Source: Clostridiales bacterium
GTDB taxonomy: Bacteria > Bacillota > Clostridia > Monoglobales > JAIRYP01
Direction: 5' to 3'
Length of the DNA: 64,000 nucleotides
Assembly: GCA_031267755.1 (NCBI GenBank)
Contig: JAIRYP010000014.1
Span: 2,938 to 66,937, forward strand
The notes under the pieces: generated by a model
Told to the model about the DNA's origin: nothing
Seen by the model: the letters and a program-made list of their open reading frames with translations, nothing else
Databases searched by the model: none
Program-made: the position numbers and the translations under genes
Shown: piece by piece, positions 52,265 through 61,297 of the stretch
How the letters are laid out: each line of letters begins with the position of its first letter
Position numbering within the stretch: position 1 is the first letter of the stretch

Positions 52265-52690
52265 ATGAAAATTGGCGAACAAAATGCTGGTGAAGTAAAC
52301 ATTTCAGATGAAGTGGTATCAATTATCGCTTCGCATGCTGCAAAAGATATACCAGGAATAAGCAGTATGCAGAATTCTTTGGGTACTGGAATTGCTGAGT
52401 TTTTAGGAAAAAAAAATTTATCAAAAGGCGTTAAGGTAAATGTAAATGATAGCGAAGTTGTTATTGATTTATTTGTGATAATTGAATACGATGTGCAAAT
52501 TCCACAAGTTGCTTGGAAAGTTCAAGAAAGGGTTAAGAGCAAAGTTGAAGAAGCAACAGGACTAAATGTTATAAGTGTAAATGTGCATGTTGAGGGAATC
52601 AATATAAAAAAAGATGATCAGGAAGAAAACGTGAAAGATTATATAATTATTGAAGAAGAAAAAAATTCTGAAAATCATGTTGAAGATTAG
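52265..52690 (+). CDS. Asp23/Gls24 family envelope stress protein
   Basis: 141 aa. GAGGAGG RBS. Pattern is ISDEVVSIIASHAAKDIPGI...VKVNVNDSEVVIDLFVIIEYDVQIPQVAWKVQERVKSKVEEATGL. Confidence 0.85.
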   Translation: MKIGEQNAGEVNISDEVVSIIASHAAKDIPGISSMQNSLGTGIAEFLGKKNLSKGVKVNVNDSEVVIDLFVIIEYDVQIPQVAWKVQERVKSKVEEATGLNVISVNVHVEGINIKKDDQEENVKDYIIIEEEKNSENHVED

Positions 52691-52706
52691 TTAAAAAATA
52701 AACAAA

Positions 52707-52740
52707 ATTCATCAATAAAATTTTATTGATGAATGATTTT
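52707..52740. terminator. Bidirectional terminator hairpin between convergent genes
   Basis: attcatcaataaaa (52707..52720) is perfectly complementary to ttttattgatgaat (52721..52734). T-rich sequence follows on the plus strand. It lies between asp23 (+) and 52770..53144 (-). Confidence 0.5.
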
Positions 52741-52769
52741 ACGGCAAATAAAAAATAAGTTGTTGCGAA

Positions 52770-53144
52770 TTATTTATGATTATTTTTTCTTCTCGAATAT
52801 TTTAAATAAATTAAACTACTTTTCAAAATCGCTCTTATAACATGCAATAGTCTTACCTTTATTATAGTTTCGATTTCAAAGTCTAATTTTTTATTATAAA
52901 AATCAGGAACGATTTCGAAGGATTGTTTTTTTATATAAAAGCAATGAGATAAAAAGGCGTATAAGCTTGAATAAAATCCCCATGCTGCTCCATAAACTAC
53001 ACCAGTTGTGGATGCATTGCCTGCTCCCATTTTAACTTTAAGATCAAATTTTTCAATTTCAACCTTATGTCTCATTTTTACAAATATTAATCTGAGTATT
53101 TCTTTGGCAGGTTCAATCATTTCTAGGAAATCAAATATTTCCAT
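52770..53144 (-). CDS. DUF2953/YtfI-like protein, C-terminal portion
   Basis: 124 aa. KVKMGAGNASTTGVVYGAAWGFYSSLYAFL resembles the conserved core of the Firmicute DUF2953 family. The RBS is weak and the expected N-terminal TM is missing. See 53157..53312. Confidence 0.45.
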   Translation of the reverse strand: MEIFDFLEMIEPAKEILRLIFVKMRHKVEIEKFDLKVKMGAGNASTTGVVYGAAWGFYSSLYAFLSHCFYIKKQSFEIVPDFYNKKLDFEIETIIKVRLLHVIRAILKSSLIYLKYSRRKNNHK

Positions 53145-53156
53145 TTAAAACTCACT

Positions 53157-53312
53157 TTAGGTTTTTTGGTTTGATGGATAAACAATTTTAATTCCTAAAA
53201 ACGTTGCAATGATTTTAATTTTTTTTTGCTTCAGATCAATCGAAATTTTAACTTTGCTAAGCAAGATTGCGATTAAAATTAAAGTAAATAAAAATAATAT
53301 AACATACAGCAT
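53157..53312 (-). CDS. 51-aa TM peptide, probably the detached N-terminus of the DUF2953-like gene
   Basis: The ATG at 53312..53310 follows GAGAGG. Translation is MLYVILFLFTLILIAILLSKVKISIDLKQKKIKIIATFLGIKIVYPSNQKT. The same frame continues TAA-AGT-GAG-TTT-TAA into the ATG at 53144. Confidence 0.35.
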   Translation of the reverse strand: MLYVILFLFTLILIAILLSKVKISIDLKQKKIKIIATFLGIKIVYPSNQKT

Positions 53313-53483
53313 AATCTAATTGCCTCTCGTAAATATAATCTAAAATATAACAAAAAATTATTTTAGAAGCAACAATTGATTTTATTATAAAGTTTAACAA
53401 GTTTCAGTCTTAATGAAATTATACTTTATAAAAAACATATAAGATTAAAGGCAAAATTTTATATTTATATATTATGGAATATT

Positions 53484-53942
53484 TTAATGAATATTAACAC
53501 GAATAGCACCTGATTCTCTAAGAATTTTTAAGATTTTTTCGGTAGGTTGTTTTTCGTTTACCGACATACTCCATAAAACTTTTCCATTTTTGATATCTCC
53601 TTCATATTCTTTTCCAGCTTCTTCGGGAATGCCTAGGTCCACAAGCGCGCCTATAACGCCTCCTGCCACGGCTCCTGATAAAATTCCAGCTAGCGGTCCA
53701 GCGGCTGCTAAAATTCCAAGCCCTGGAATCATAATTGCACCAACTCCCAACAATAATCCAAGTGTTCCTCCAATTACACCTCCTTGAACTGCTCCGTTCG
53801 TTTCATCATCTTCTTTTGTTTCGTCTTTATCTTTTTTTATTATAGACATGTTTTCTAAATTAAAACCATAATCTGCGATACTAGATGAAGCTTTTTCTGC
53901 ATCATCATAATCTTTAAACACTGCAGCAATTATTTTTTTCAT
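53484..53942 (-). CDS. Glycine-zipper membrane stress-type protein
   Basis: 152 aa. GGGAGG RBS. The soluble N-terminal domain (IAAVFKDYDDAEKA) is followed by a Gly-zipper TM region (GGVIGGTLGLLLGVGAIMIPGLGILAAAGPLAGILSGAVAGGVIGALVDLG) and a C-terminal domain. Confidence 0.6.
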   Translation of the reverse strand: MKKIIAAVFKDYDDAEKASSSIADYGFNLENMSIIKKDKDETKEDDETNGAVQGGVIGGTLGLLLGVGAIMIPGLGILAAAGPLAGILSGAVAGGVIGALVDLGIPEEAGKEYEGDIKNGKVLWSMSVNEKQPTEKILKILRESGAIRVNIH

Positions 53943-54246
53943 TATTATTCCTCCCGTTTTTTAAGGTTAAAGCTTTGTAAAATAAACACTTAGATTATTG
54001 TTTGAAATTGTTTAAACTTTATACGCAGCAAAAAAATGTTTTTTAAAAAATAAAAATAAAAAATTCATAGCTTCATATTAATTTTGTGTTTGTTCGAAAT
54101 TTGCCCGTGAATGAGGTTAAGGCTGCCAGGGTTGTGATAGTAGGAACCAAAATTTAATTTTAAAATATATCCTAAATAAAGAATCATCCATTCACTCTGA
54201 TATTAAAAAACTTGGGTGGTTGAATAAAGAAAGAAATTCAAATGAA

Positions 54247-54300
54247 TAAAAAAACACAAAAAAAGCAAAATAGTTGTGAAAAACTTCAAGACTATTTTGC
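54247..54300 (-). terminator. Rho-independent terminator downstream of 54404..54760
   Basis: A perfect 10-bp stem, gcaaaatagt (54265..54274) with actattttgc (54291..54300), and a 16-nt loop. On the minus strand it is followed by TTTTTTTGTGTTTTTTT. Confidence 0.6.
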
Positions 54301-54403
54301 TTAAAAATATTGAATATGAGAATAAAATTTTAAATTAAAATGAGGGTTTAAAATTTGTGAGGTATTATTTTGACTTTGACTTAAATTTGAGATTAATTTG
54401 TTA

Positions 54404-54760
54404 CTACATCGTGTTGCTAAGGGCTCTATCAAATGTGTCTTTAAGTTTTCGTCTATCTTGAACTGATGTTGGATTGGCAAAGTCGTTTATTGCTATGCTT
54501 TTTTTTAAAAAATTTAACAGAGATGACTCCTTACGTTCTCCTTCGTTTTGTTGTTGATCTCTTATTTTTTGCCTTTTTTTCGTTAACGAACGTACAAATT
54601 TCATATACGAAGTTGTGAATTTAGCAATATCTTCTCCGGTTTTAATGGATTTTTGTTCGAGTTCTACAACTACACTTAAGGGTTCGTAAATTGATTTTAA
54701 AAATTCATAATATTGCTTAATAATCAATATTTCTTCTTCTTCTACATAAAGCCCACTCAT
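54404..54760 (-). CDS. Small hypothetical protein
   Basis: 118 aa. AGGAG RBS. Helical, with no recognisable motifs. It is divergent from 54923..55564. Confidence 0.5.
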   Translation of the reverse strand: MSGLYVEEEEILIIKQYYEFLKSIYEPLSVVVELEQKSIKTGEDIAKFTTSYMKFVRSLTKKRQKIRDQQQNEGERKESSLLNFLKKSIAINDFANPTSVQDRRKLKDTFDRALSNTM

Positions 54761-54922
54761 AAAATAACTCCTAATAAATTAATTTATTATTAACACATAT
54801 ATACTAATTATATTTTTTAAATATGTCAATGTATTAAAAATTTTTATGGCATAAATAAAATTTTTTAGGGAACAATGAATGTTGTTTTTAAATAATTTAA
54901 AATGGAAAGGGGTTCAAGTGAA

Positions 54923-55564
54923 ATGGCAGCTTTTTCTCGGGAAAAAAGAGTTAGTTTAGTGCAATTGCCTGGCAAAGATCCGACGACGTTATTTAATGAA
55001 TTTTTTGGAAATATATTACCTCAGCCAGGTGGACCAAAGTATTTTAAATCTTTTTTTGAATCTATGAATCGTTGGTTAACTGATGAACTTGAGCCTATAA
55101 AATTCGCTGAACAATTACGGAATAATCGAGGAATTTGGAGTTACAATGATGTTGATTGCCCTGTAAGGATTTTATTTGCATTTGATAATTTTGAAGAAAT
55201 GAATGAATTGTTAATTTTAAATAGAACGCTTGACCACGATCATGAAAAAGCTATTCCAGGGATTTGGGACACGCTTGATAAACTATCGAAAGGAATATAT
55301 GCAAGATTTAATCTGGATGCTGATGTTTTGAGTATTGCTGATGAAATAAAGTTGAAAGATTTAGGAGCATTTGAAAGCTTTATTTTTCAATTAGTTGAAC
55401 ATACTGTGATTATAGGAGAACCTTTTTTACTGAGATTACCACCAGAATCATTGTCTTCAAAAGAAAAACAAAAATCCAAACTCCCACCATCTTCACCATC
55501 GAAACCCTCGCCATCACCTAAGGGAAAAGGAAAAGAACCGAGAAGAGGACCCGGAAAACAATAA
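54923..55564 (+). CDS. Hypothetical protein with a Pro/Ser/Lys-rich C-terminal tail; locally elevated GC
   Basis: The ATG at 54923 (MAAFSREKR) lies about 10 nt after AAAGGGG. The track ORF starts at 54902. The tail reads LPPESLSSKEKQKSKLPPSSPSKPSPSPKGKGKEPRRGPGKQ. VRILFAFDNFEEMNELLILN loosely recalls RelE/Gp49-type toxin folds; I cannot verify this. Confidence 0.5.
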   Translation: MAAFSREKRVSLVQLPGKDPTTLFNEFFGNILPQPGGPKYFKSFFESMNRWLTDELEPIKFAEQLRNNRGIWSYNDVDCPVRILFAFDNFEEMNELLILNRTLDHDHEKAIPGIWDTLDKLSKGIYARFNLDADVLSIADEIKLKDLGAFESFIFQLVEHTVIIGEPFLLRLPPESLSSKEKQKSKLPPSSPSKPSPSPKGKGKEPRRGPGKQ

Positions 55565-55999
55565 TTCACTAAATAACTACCCATCAATGTCTACTCTTCT
55601 AATTTAACATTTTCAAGATTTTGTATATCTTTAAAATTGCTTCGTTTGATTCCACTCACTTAATTTTTTAAAGACTTTATTTCTCCAATTGATGAATCAA
55701 CGTATTTTTTATGTTTTAAATATTAGTTATCATTTGCAATCTTTTCTTTAACAATTTTAATTTACTTTTACTTCTCAATAAAGTAATTTTTAAATTTTTA
55801 TTTAAATTTATAAATTATGTAATATTTTTATCAAAGCAAATTCTAAATATTTATTATAGAATTTTGATTAATAAAATGAAAAATATTGATGATTAAGCGA
55901 AGAAGCACTAGGCTTAAATTTGTAGTTTAAACTTTGTAAGATTTATTGGATTCCTTATTTTAGAAATTTATTACATTTGTAATTAAATTTATTTTTTAT

Positions 56000-58459
56000 T
56001 TAAAATAAAATTTCTATGACTATTTCATTTTCTCTTAAACCAACTAAAATATTTTCTCCATTTTCAATTTTTTTTTCAAGAATTATTTCGGAAACTTTAT
56101 CCTCGATTTGAGTTTGTATAACTCTTCTAAGAGGTCTTGCTCCATATACTGGGTCATAACTCGTTTTTGCTATTTTTTCTATAACTTCTTCACTAAATTC
56201 AATGTTTATTTCGCATGCCTTCATCCTTTCTTTTAATTTATTAAGCATTTTTTTTGTTATTTTTTTTATATTTTCTTCGGTCAATTTATGAAAAACAATC
56301 ATGTCGTCAACTCTATTTACAAATTCAGGTCTAAATGCTTTTTTTACTTCTTCCATTACCTCTGTTTTAATTTTTTCATAATCATTTTCGAAACCGGTTT
56401 CGGTTGTAAAACCAAGCTTTTTATTTTCGATTATGAGTCTTGCTCCAAGGTTTGATGTCATTATTATTATAGTATTTCTAAAATCTATTTTAATACCTTG
56501 AGAATCAGTTAATATTCCATCTTCAAGAATCTGTAATAGCATATTAAAAATATCTGGATGTGCTTTTTCAATTTCGTCAAACAAAACTACTGAGTACGGG
56601 TTACGTCGAACTTTTTCAGTAAGTTGACCGCCTTCTTCGTGTCCAATATATCCGGGAGGAGACCCTATAAGGCGTGAGCTGTTATGTTTTTCCATATATT
56701 CAGACATGTCGACTCTTATAAGTGATTCTTCGGTTCCAAATATAGATTCTGCAAGTGTCTTTGAAAGTTCAGTTTTTCCTACTCCAGTTGGGCCGAGAAA
56801 TATAAATGAACCTATTGGTCTTTTGGGATCGCGAAGACCAACTCTATTTCGTCTAATCGATTTCGCGATACTGCTAACAGCTTCATCTTGTCCGATAATT
56901 CTTTCGTGCAAAATTTTTTCTAATTCCATAAGTTTTTTGCTTTCATCTTGATTAACCGAAGTAACTTTTATTCCCGTCCACAGCGAAATAATTTCTCCAA
57001 TATTTTCTTTATTTACACATAAATTATTGTTCGTGCTGTTATTTGTCCATAAATTTTTCTTTTCTTCGTGGTTTTTTCTAGTTTCTGTTTCTTTATCTCG
57101 AAGCTTTGCCGCTTTTTCAAATTCTTGCGATATTATCGCTTCTTCTTTTTCTTGCTTGATTTTTTCAATTTCTTCTTCCAAATTTTTTAAATTAGGTGGA
57201 ACGGTCAAGGCTTTGATTTTAATGCTTGAAGCTGCTTCGTCTATTAAATCAATAGCTTTATCGGGCAAAAATCTTCCGTGAATATATCTGGTTGAAAGTT
57301 TTACTGCGGCTTCGATTGCCTCATCAGAAATTTTAACCTTGTGATGTGCTTCATATTTGTCACGTATTCCTTTTAAAATTTTTATGCTTTCATCTTCTGA
57401 TGGTTCTTCAAGATAAATTGGTTGAAAACGTCTTTCGAGTGCAGAATCTTTTTCAATATATTTTCTATATTCTTTGAGAGTCGTTGCGCCAATAATTTGT
57501 ATTTCACCTCTACTTAATGCAGGTTTCAAAATATTTGCTGCGTCCATTGTACCTTCGCCCGATCCTGCCCCAATTATAGTGTGTATTTCATCAATAAATA
57601 TTATAATATCAGGATTTTTTTTAATTTCTTCCATGGCTTTTTTAAATCTTTCTTCAAATTGCCCTCTATATTTTGTACCCGCGATCATCGAAGATAAATC
57701 AAGAATTATAATTTTTTTTTCTTTAAGCGTTTCGGGAACATTTCCATTTGCTATATGCTGAGCAAGTCCTTCTACAACCGCTGTTTTTCCAGTTCCTGGT
57801 TCACCAACAAGGCAAGGATTATTTTTTGTTCTTCTACACAATATTTGAATAATTCTTTTTATCGTATCTCCGCGACCCACAATTGGATCAAATTTGTTTT
57901 CTTTGGCAAGTTTTGTCAAATCTTGTCCATACTTATTAAGAGCCGGTGTTGGATTTTTCTTTATTTTACTTTTTAATGAATAATCATTTAATGTATCTTC
58001 GGTTGGAAATTCATTTAGTGCTTTTATAATTTCATTATAAAGTTTTTGAATATCTGCACCAACTTCGAATAAAATCCTTGTTGCAACGCTATCTCCTTCG
58101 CGAAGCAGTGCGATTAATAAATGTTCAGTTCCAATGTAATTGTGTCCAAGCGCAAGAGCTTCTACGCTGCTCATTTCAATCATTCTTTTTGTGCGAGGTG
58201 TGAGTTCAATTTCAATTTCTTCTTCTTCACCAAAAGTAGAACTATAATTTCCAAAAAGTTCATTTAATTTATTTTCAATTTTTTTAATGGTTACATCATT
58301 TGCAATAAGAACTCTTGCAGCGATTCCTTCGCCTTCTTCAATAAGCCCTAGCAGTACATGTTCTGTTCCCATGTACTTGCTTCTCAATCTAATTGCAATT
58401 TCTTTTGCGAGTTTTAATACTTTTTCTGCTTTTTCAGTGAACCTATTACCAAATAACAT
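56000..58459 (-). CDS. clpC: ATP-dependent Clp protease ATP-binding subunit ClpC
   Basis: 819 aa. Double Clp_N repeat, Walker A sites GEPGTGKTAVVEGLA and GPTGVGKTELSKTLA, a UVR-like middle motif (EFEKAAKLRDKE), and SRLIGSPPGYIGHEEGGQLTE. Confidence 0.95.
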   Translation of the reverse strand: MLFGNRFTEKAEKVLKLAKEIAIRLRSKYMGTEHVLLGLIEEGEGIAARVLIANDVTIKKIENKLNELFGNYSSTFGEEEEIEIELTPRTKRMIEMSSVEALALGHNYIGTEHLLIALLREGDSVATRILFEVGADIQKLYNEIIKALNEFPTEDTLNDYSLKSKIKKNPTPALNKYGQDLTKLAKENKFDPIVGRGDTIKRIIQILCRRTKNNPCLVGEPGTGKTAVVEGLAQHIANGNVPETLKEKKIIILDLSSMIAGTKYRGQFEERFKKAMEEIKKNPDIIIFIDEIHTIIGAGSGEGTMDAANILKPALSRGEIQIIGATTLKEYRKYIEKDSALERRFQPIYLEEPSEDESIKILKGIRDKYEAHHKVKISDEAIEAAVKLSTRYIHGRFLPDKAIDLIDEAASSIKIKALTVPPNLKNLEEEIEKIKQEKEEAIISQEFEKAAKLRDKETETRKNHEEKKNLWTNNSTNNNLCVNKENIGEIISLWTGIKVTSVNQDESKKLMELEKILHERIIGQDEAVSSIAKSIRRNRVGLRDPKRPIGSFIFLGPTGVGKTELSKTLAESIFGTEESLIRVDMSEYMEKHNSSRLIGSPPGYIGHEEGGQLTEKVRRNPYSVVLFDEIEKAHPDIFNMLLQILEDGILTDSQGIKIDFRNTIIIMTSNLGARLIIENKKLGFTTETGFENDYEKIKTEVMEEVKKAFRPEFVNRVDDMIVFHKLTEENIKKITKKMLNKLKERMKACEINIEFSEEVIEKIAKTSYDPVYGARPLRRVIQTQIEDKVSEIILEKKIENGENILVGLRENEIVIEILF

Positions 58460-58560
58460 TTTTTCTCCTTTTGAAATTTGTTAGTAAATTTATTATTTTT
58501 TAAGTTGTACAATTATTTTGTGAATATAAAATATTCACGCATTTAAAACAGAAAAAATAT

Positions 58561-59586
58561 TTAAATAAGATTTAGAAAAATATTGTTTGTAATTTCCGCA
58601 CGTTTTACATCTACTTCTGTATTGTTTGTAACATTATATTTTTTTGTGATGCTTGATGGAAGAACTTGATACACAAGTTTTTGCATATCTTCAAAATTTA
58701 ACCCCTTGATAATCTCAAGACTTATGCCAAATCTGATGTTTGAAAAAAGTATCATAAATTCTTGATTAGATAGGATTTTACAGTATTTTAAAATGCCTAA
58801 GGAACGCATCACGCTGTCTTCGATTTTATATTTGTTTTCTTTGTAATAAGCGTTTTTTACTTTTTCTTCTTGCTCAATTACTTCAGAAACGATTTGTTTA
58901 AGTTTTTCAATTGCTTCATTTTCTGTAATGCCTAAAGTTATTTGATTGGAAATTTGGAATATATTCCCAACAGACTTACTTCCTTCTCCATACATTCCTC
59001 TAATTGTCATTCCAAGTTGTGATAAAGAAGCAATTAATTTATCCATTAATGCACCCAAATTTAATGCAGGAAGATGTACCATAACAGATGCTCTCATTCC
59101 AGTTCCGACGTTTGTTGGGCAACATGTTAAGAAACCAAATTGTTCATCAAATCCAAACTCAATTTTTTCTTCAAAAAAATCATCTATTTCATTTGCGTTT
59201 TTTAAACATAAATCCAAATCGAAACCCGATGCCATTGATTGAATTCTAATGTGATCTTCTTCGTTTAACATTATGCTTATTTTTTCATCATTGCTTAGTA
59301 AAACACCTCTTTTTATGCTATTATCCATAAGTTGAGTGCTTATTAAATGTTTTTCGACTAAATTACGTTTATCAACTTCGTTTACATCTTTCATATTTAA
59401 AAAAATTACATTATTTTTTAGTGGGCTATTTTCGCCCAAAACTGTTTTTTTACAAATATCAATAATTTCTTCTTGGCTTTTTTCATTCAATTTGCGAACA
59501 AATGGAAAATTTTTTATATTTCTAGCAAGTCTTATTCTTGAAGAAATTACTATATCATTTTTTTTTTCGTATTTTTCGCACTCCAT
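58561..59586 (-). CDS. mcsB: Protein arginine kinase McsB
   Basis: 341 aa with the guanidino-kinase signature CPTNVGTGMRASVMVHLPAL and SSRIRLARNI at the N-terminus. Confidence 0.92.
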   Translation of the reverse strand: MECEKYEKKNDIVISSRIRLARNIKNFPFVRKLNEKSQEEIIDICKKTVLGENSPLKNNVIFLNMKDVNEVDKRNLVEKHLISTQLMDNSIKRGVLLSNDEKISIMLNEEDHIRIQSMASGFDLDLCLKNANEIDDFFEEKIEFGFDEQFGFLTCCPTNVGTGMRASVMVHLPALNLGALMDKLIASLSQLGMTIRGMYGEGSKSVGNIFQISNQITLGITENEAIEKLKQIVSEVIEQEEKVKNAYYKENKYKIEDSVMRSLGILKYCKILSNQEFMILFSNIRFGISLEIIKGLNFEDMQKLVYQVLPSSITKKYNVTNNTEVDVKRAEITNNIFLNLI

Positions 59587-59612
59587 ATTATTCCTCCTCG
59601 AAAAACATAATT

Positions 59613-60125
59613 TTAATTTTCTTCTTTTCTAATTTCTTTAAGTTTATCCCTAATTATTGCTGCTTTTTCAAAGTTTTGTTTTAAGATTTCTTGACTCATT
59701 TCGGCCTCAAGTGATTCAATCTCTCTTTTTCTTTTAATTTCTCCGCCAGTTCGTTTTGGAACTTTTCCATTATGTTTAATATTTCCTTGAATTTTTTTAA
59801 GAAGAACCACAAGTTTGTTTTTAAAAGTATTATAACATTTTGAACATCCGAGTTTTCCGGTTTTTGTAAATTCTTCAAATGTCGTTCCGCATTCGCTACA
59901 AATAATTTTTAGATTATTTTGCTCTTTTTTGCCAACTTTTACCATTTCTGTAAATAATCCACTTATAAAATCTTTTACATTTAAATCAAAATTCATATTT
60001 AAGTTTATAATATCTTTTTGAAAATTTAAACATTGATCGCAGAGATAATAATCTTCCTTTTTACCATGTACTATTCTAATTAAATGAGCGCTAGCCTCTC
60101 TTAGACTGCATATTTGACATTTCAT
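59613..60125 (-). CDS. mcsA: McsA (UvrB/UvrC-motif protein, arginine kinase activator)
   Basis: 170 aa. Cys pairs are present (C-x2-C twice at the N-terminus, then C-x2-C...C-x2-C), plus a C-terminal UVR motif NFEKAAIIRDKLKEI. Confidence 0.88.
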   Translation of the reverse strand: MKCQICSLREASAHLIRIVHGKKEDYYLCDQCLNFQKDIINLNMNFDLNVKDFISGLFTEMVKVGKKEQNNLKIICSECGTTFEEFTKTGKLGCSKCYNTFKNKLVVLLKKIQGNIKHNGKVPKRTGGEIKRKREIESLEAEMSQEILKQNFEKAAIIRDKLKEIRKEEN

Positions 60126-60344
60126 TTTAACATGCCTCCATTAAGTTAACAAAATTAATATATCTTTTGGTTAAATCTTTAAAAAACATTAATAAAAAGT
60201 TGTTAATAAAAATATTCTATAGTTAATTAAGTTATACTTCAAATGTAATTTGTTTTGTGCTCGATCAGTTGAATTTTATTTTAAATTATAATTAAAATGT
60301 TTAAGCATATTGAGTATTTTTAAAGCGAGGGAGAGGTAATAAAT

Positions 60345-61280
60345 GTGGATAAAATAGCTTTTTTGTTTACGGGTCAGGGTGCACAGCACATTGGTATGGG
60401 TAAAGATATATGTGAAAAATTTCCAAAAGCAGATAGTGTTTTTAATGAAGCATCAGATGTACTTGGTTTTAATATCAAAAAATTAGTTTTTGAAGGCAAA
60501 AATGAAGAACTTATGAAAACAGAGAATACTCAACCATCGATACTTACTACTTCAATTGCAACTTTAAGAATTTTGCAAGATGCAAATATTAATGCAAATT
60601 TTGCAACTGGACTTAGTTTAGGGGAGTATGGCGCTCATATTGCATCGGAAAGTCTTGTTTTTTCTCAAGCTGTTTCTCTTGTAAAAAAAAGAGGTAAATT
60701 TATGCAAGAAGAGGTTAATGAGGGAATTGGAGGAATGGCTGCAATACTTGGCTTAACGGATGAAGAAGTTAAAGAAATATGTTTGTTTGCGTCTGAAAAA
60801 GGGATTGTAGAACCTGCAAATTTCAACTGCCCAGGACAAGTAGTTATTTCTGGTGAAATTTTACCTCTTGAGTATGCATGTGAAATTGCCCAGGAAAGAG
60901 GTGCAAAAAAAACGATTACGCTTCCAATAAGTGCGCCATTTCATTCTAGTATGTTGAAAGGCGCTGGCGATAAATTGTCAAACGAACTTGAAAATATTAA
61001 TATAAATGATATGAAGATTCCAATAGTTTCAAATGTTACAGGAAATTTTATAAAATTAAAAGAAGAAATTAAAGATTTGCTTGTAAGACAAGTTTCGTCG
61101 CCTGTATTTTTTGGAACAAGCTTAAGAAAGTTGATTGATGTTGGGGTTAAAATTTTTATTGAAGTTGGCCCTGGAAAAGCTTTAGGAGGTTTTGTTAAAA
61201 AAATTGATCCTTCGGCAAAAACATATAGCACTGAAAATTTGAGCAGTTTAGAAGAGGTCCTGAATGAATTTTCTAATTAA
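60345..61280 (+). CDS. fabD: Malonyl-CoA:ACP transacylase
   Basis: 311 aa. GTG start after GAGGGAGAGG. Motifs are AFLFTGQGAQHIGMG, the active-site GLSLGEY, and SAPFHSSML. No other fab genes are in the window. Confidence 0.9.
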   Translation: MDKIAFLFTGQGAQHIGMGKDICEKFPKADSVFNEASDVLGFNIKKLVFEGKNEELMKTENTQPSILTTSIATLRILQDANINANFATGLSLGEYGAHIASESLVFSQAVSLVKKRGKFMQEEVNEGIGGMAAILGLTDEEVKEICLFASEKGIVEPANFNCPGQVVISGEILPLEYACEIAQERGAKKTITLPISAPFHSSMLKGAGDKLSNELENININDMKIPIVSNVTGNFIKLKEEIKDLLVRQVSSPVFFGTSLRKLIDVGVKIFIEVGPGKALGGFVKKIDPSAKTYSTENLSSLEEVLNEFSN

Positions 61281-61297
61281 TTAATTTTAGTATTTTT

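Noticed and set aside
53943-54246. A long leader upstream of the glycine-zipper gene. It contains a GC-rich patch (about 54104..54150) and 7-bp long-range complementarity (GTGAATG / CATTCAC).
   Set aside because: I could not match it to any riboswitch consensus, and the pairing is short. It is noted but not supported as a feature.
60126-60344. Searched for a CtsR operator upstream of mcsA.
   Set aside because: No GGTCAAA heptad repeat is present on either strand. It is recorded as an absence in a finding, not as a feature.
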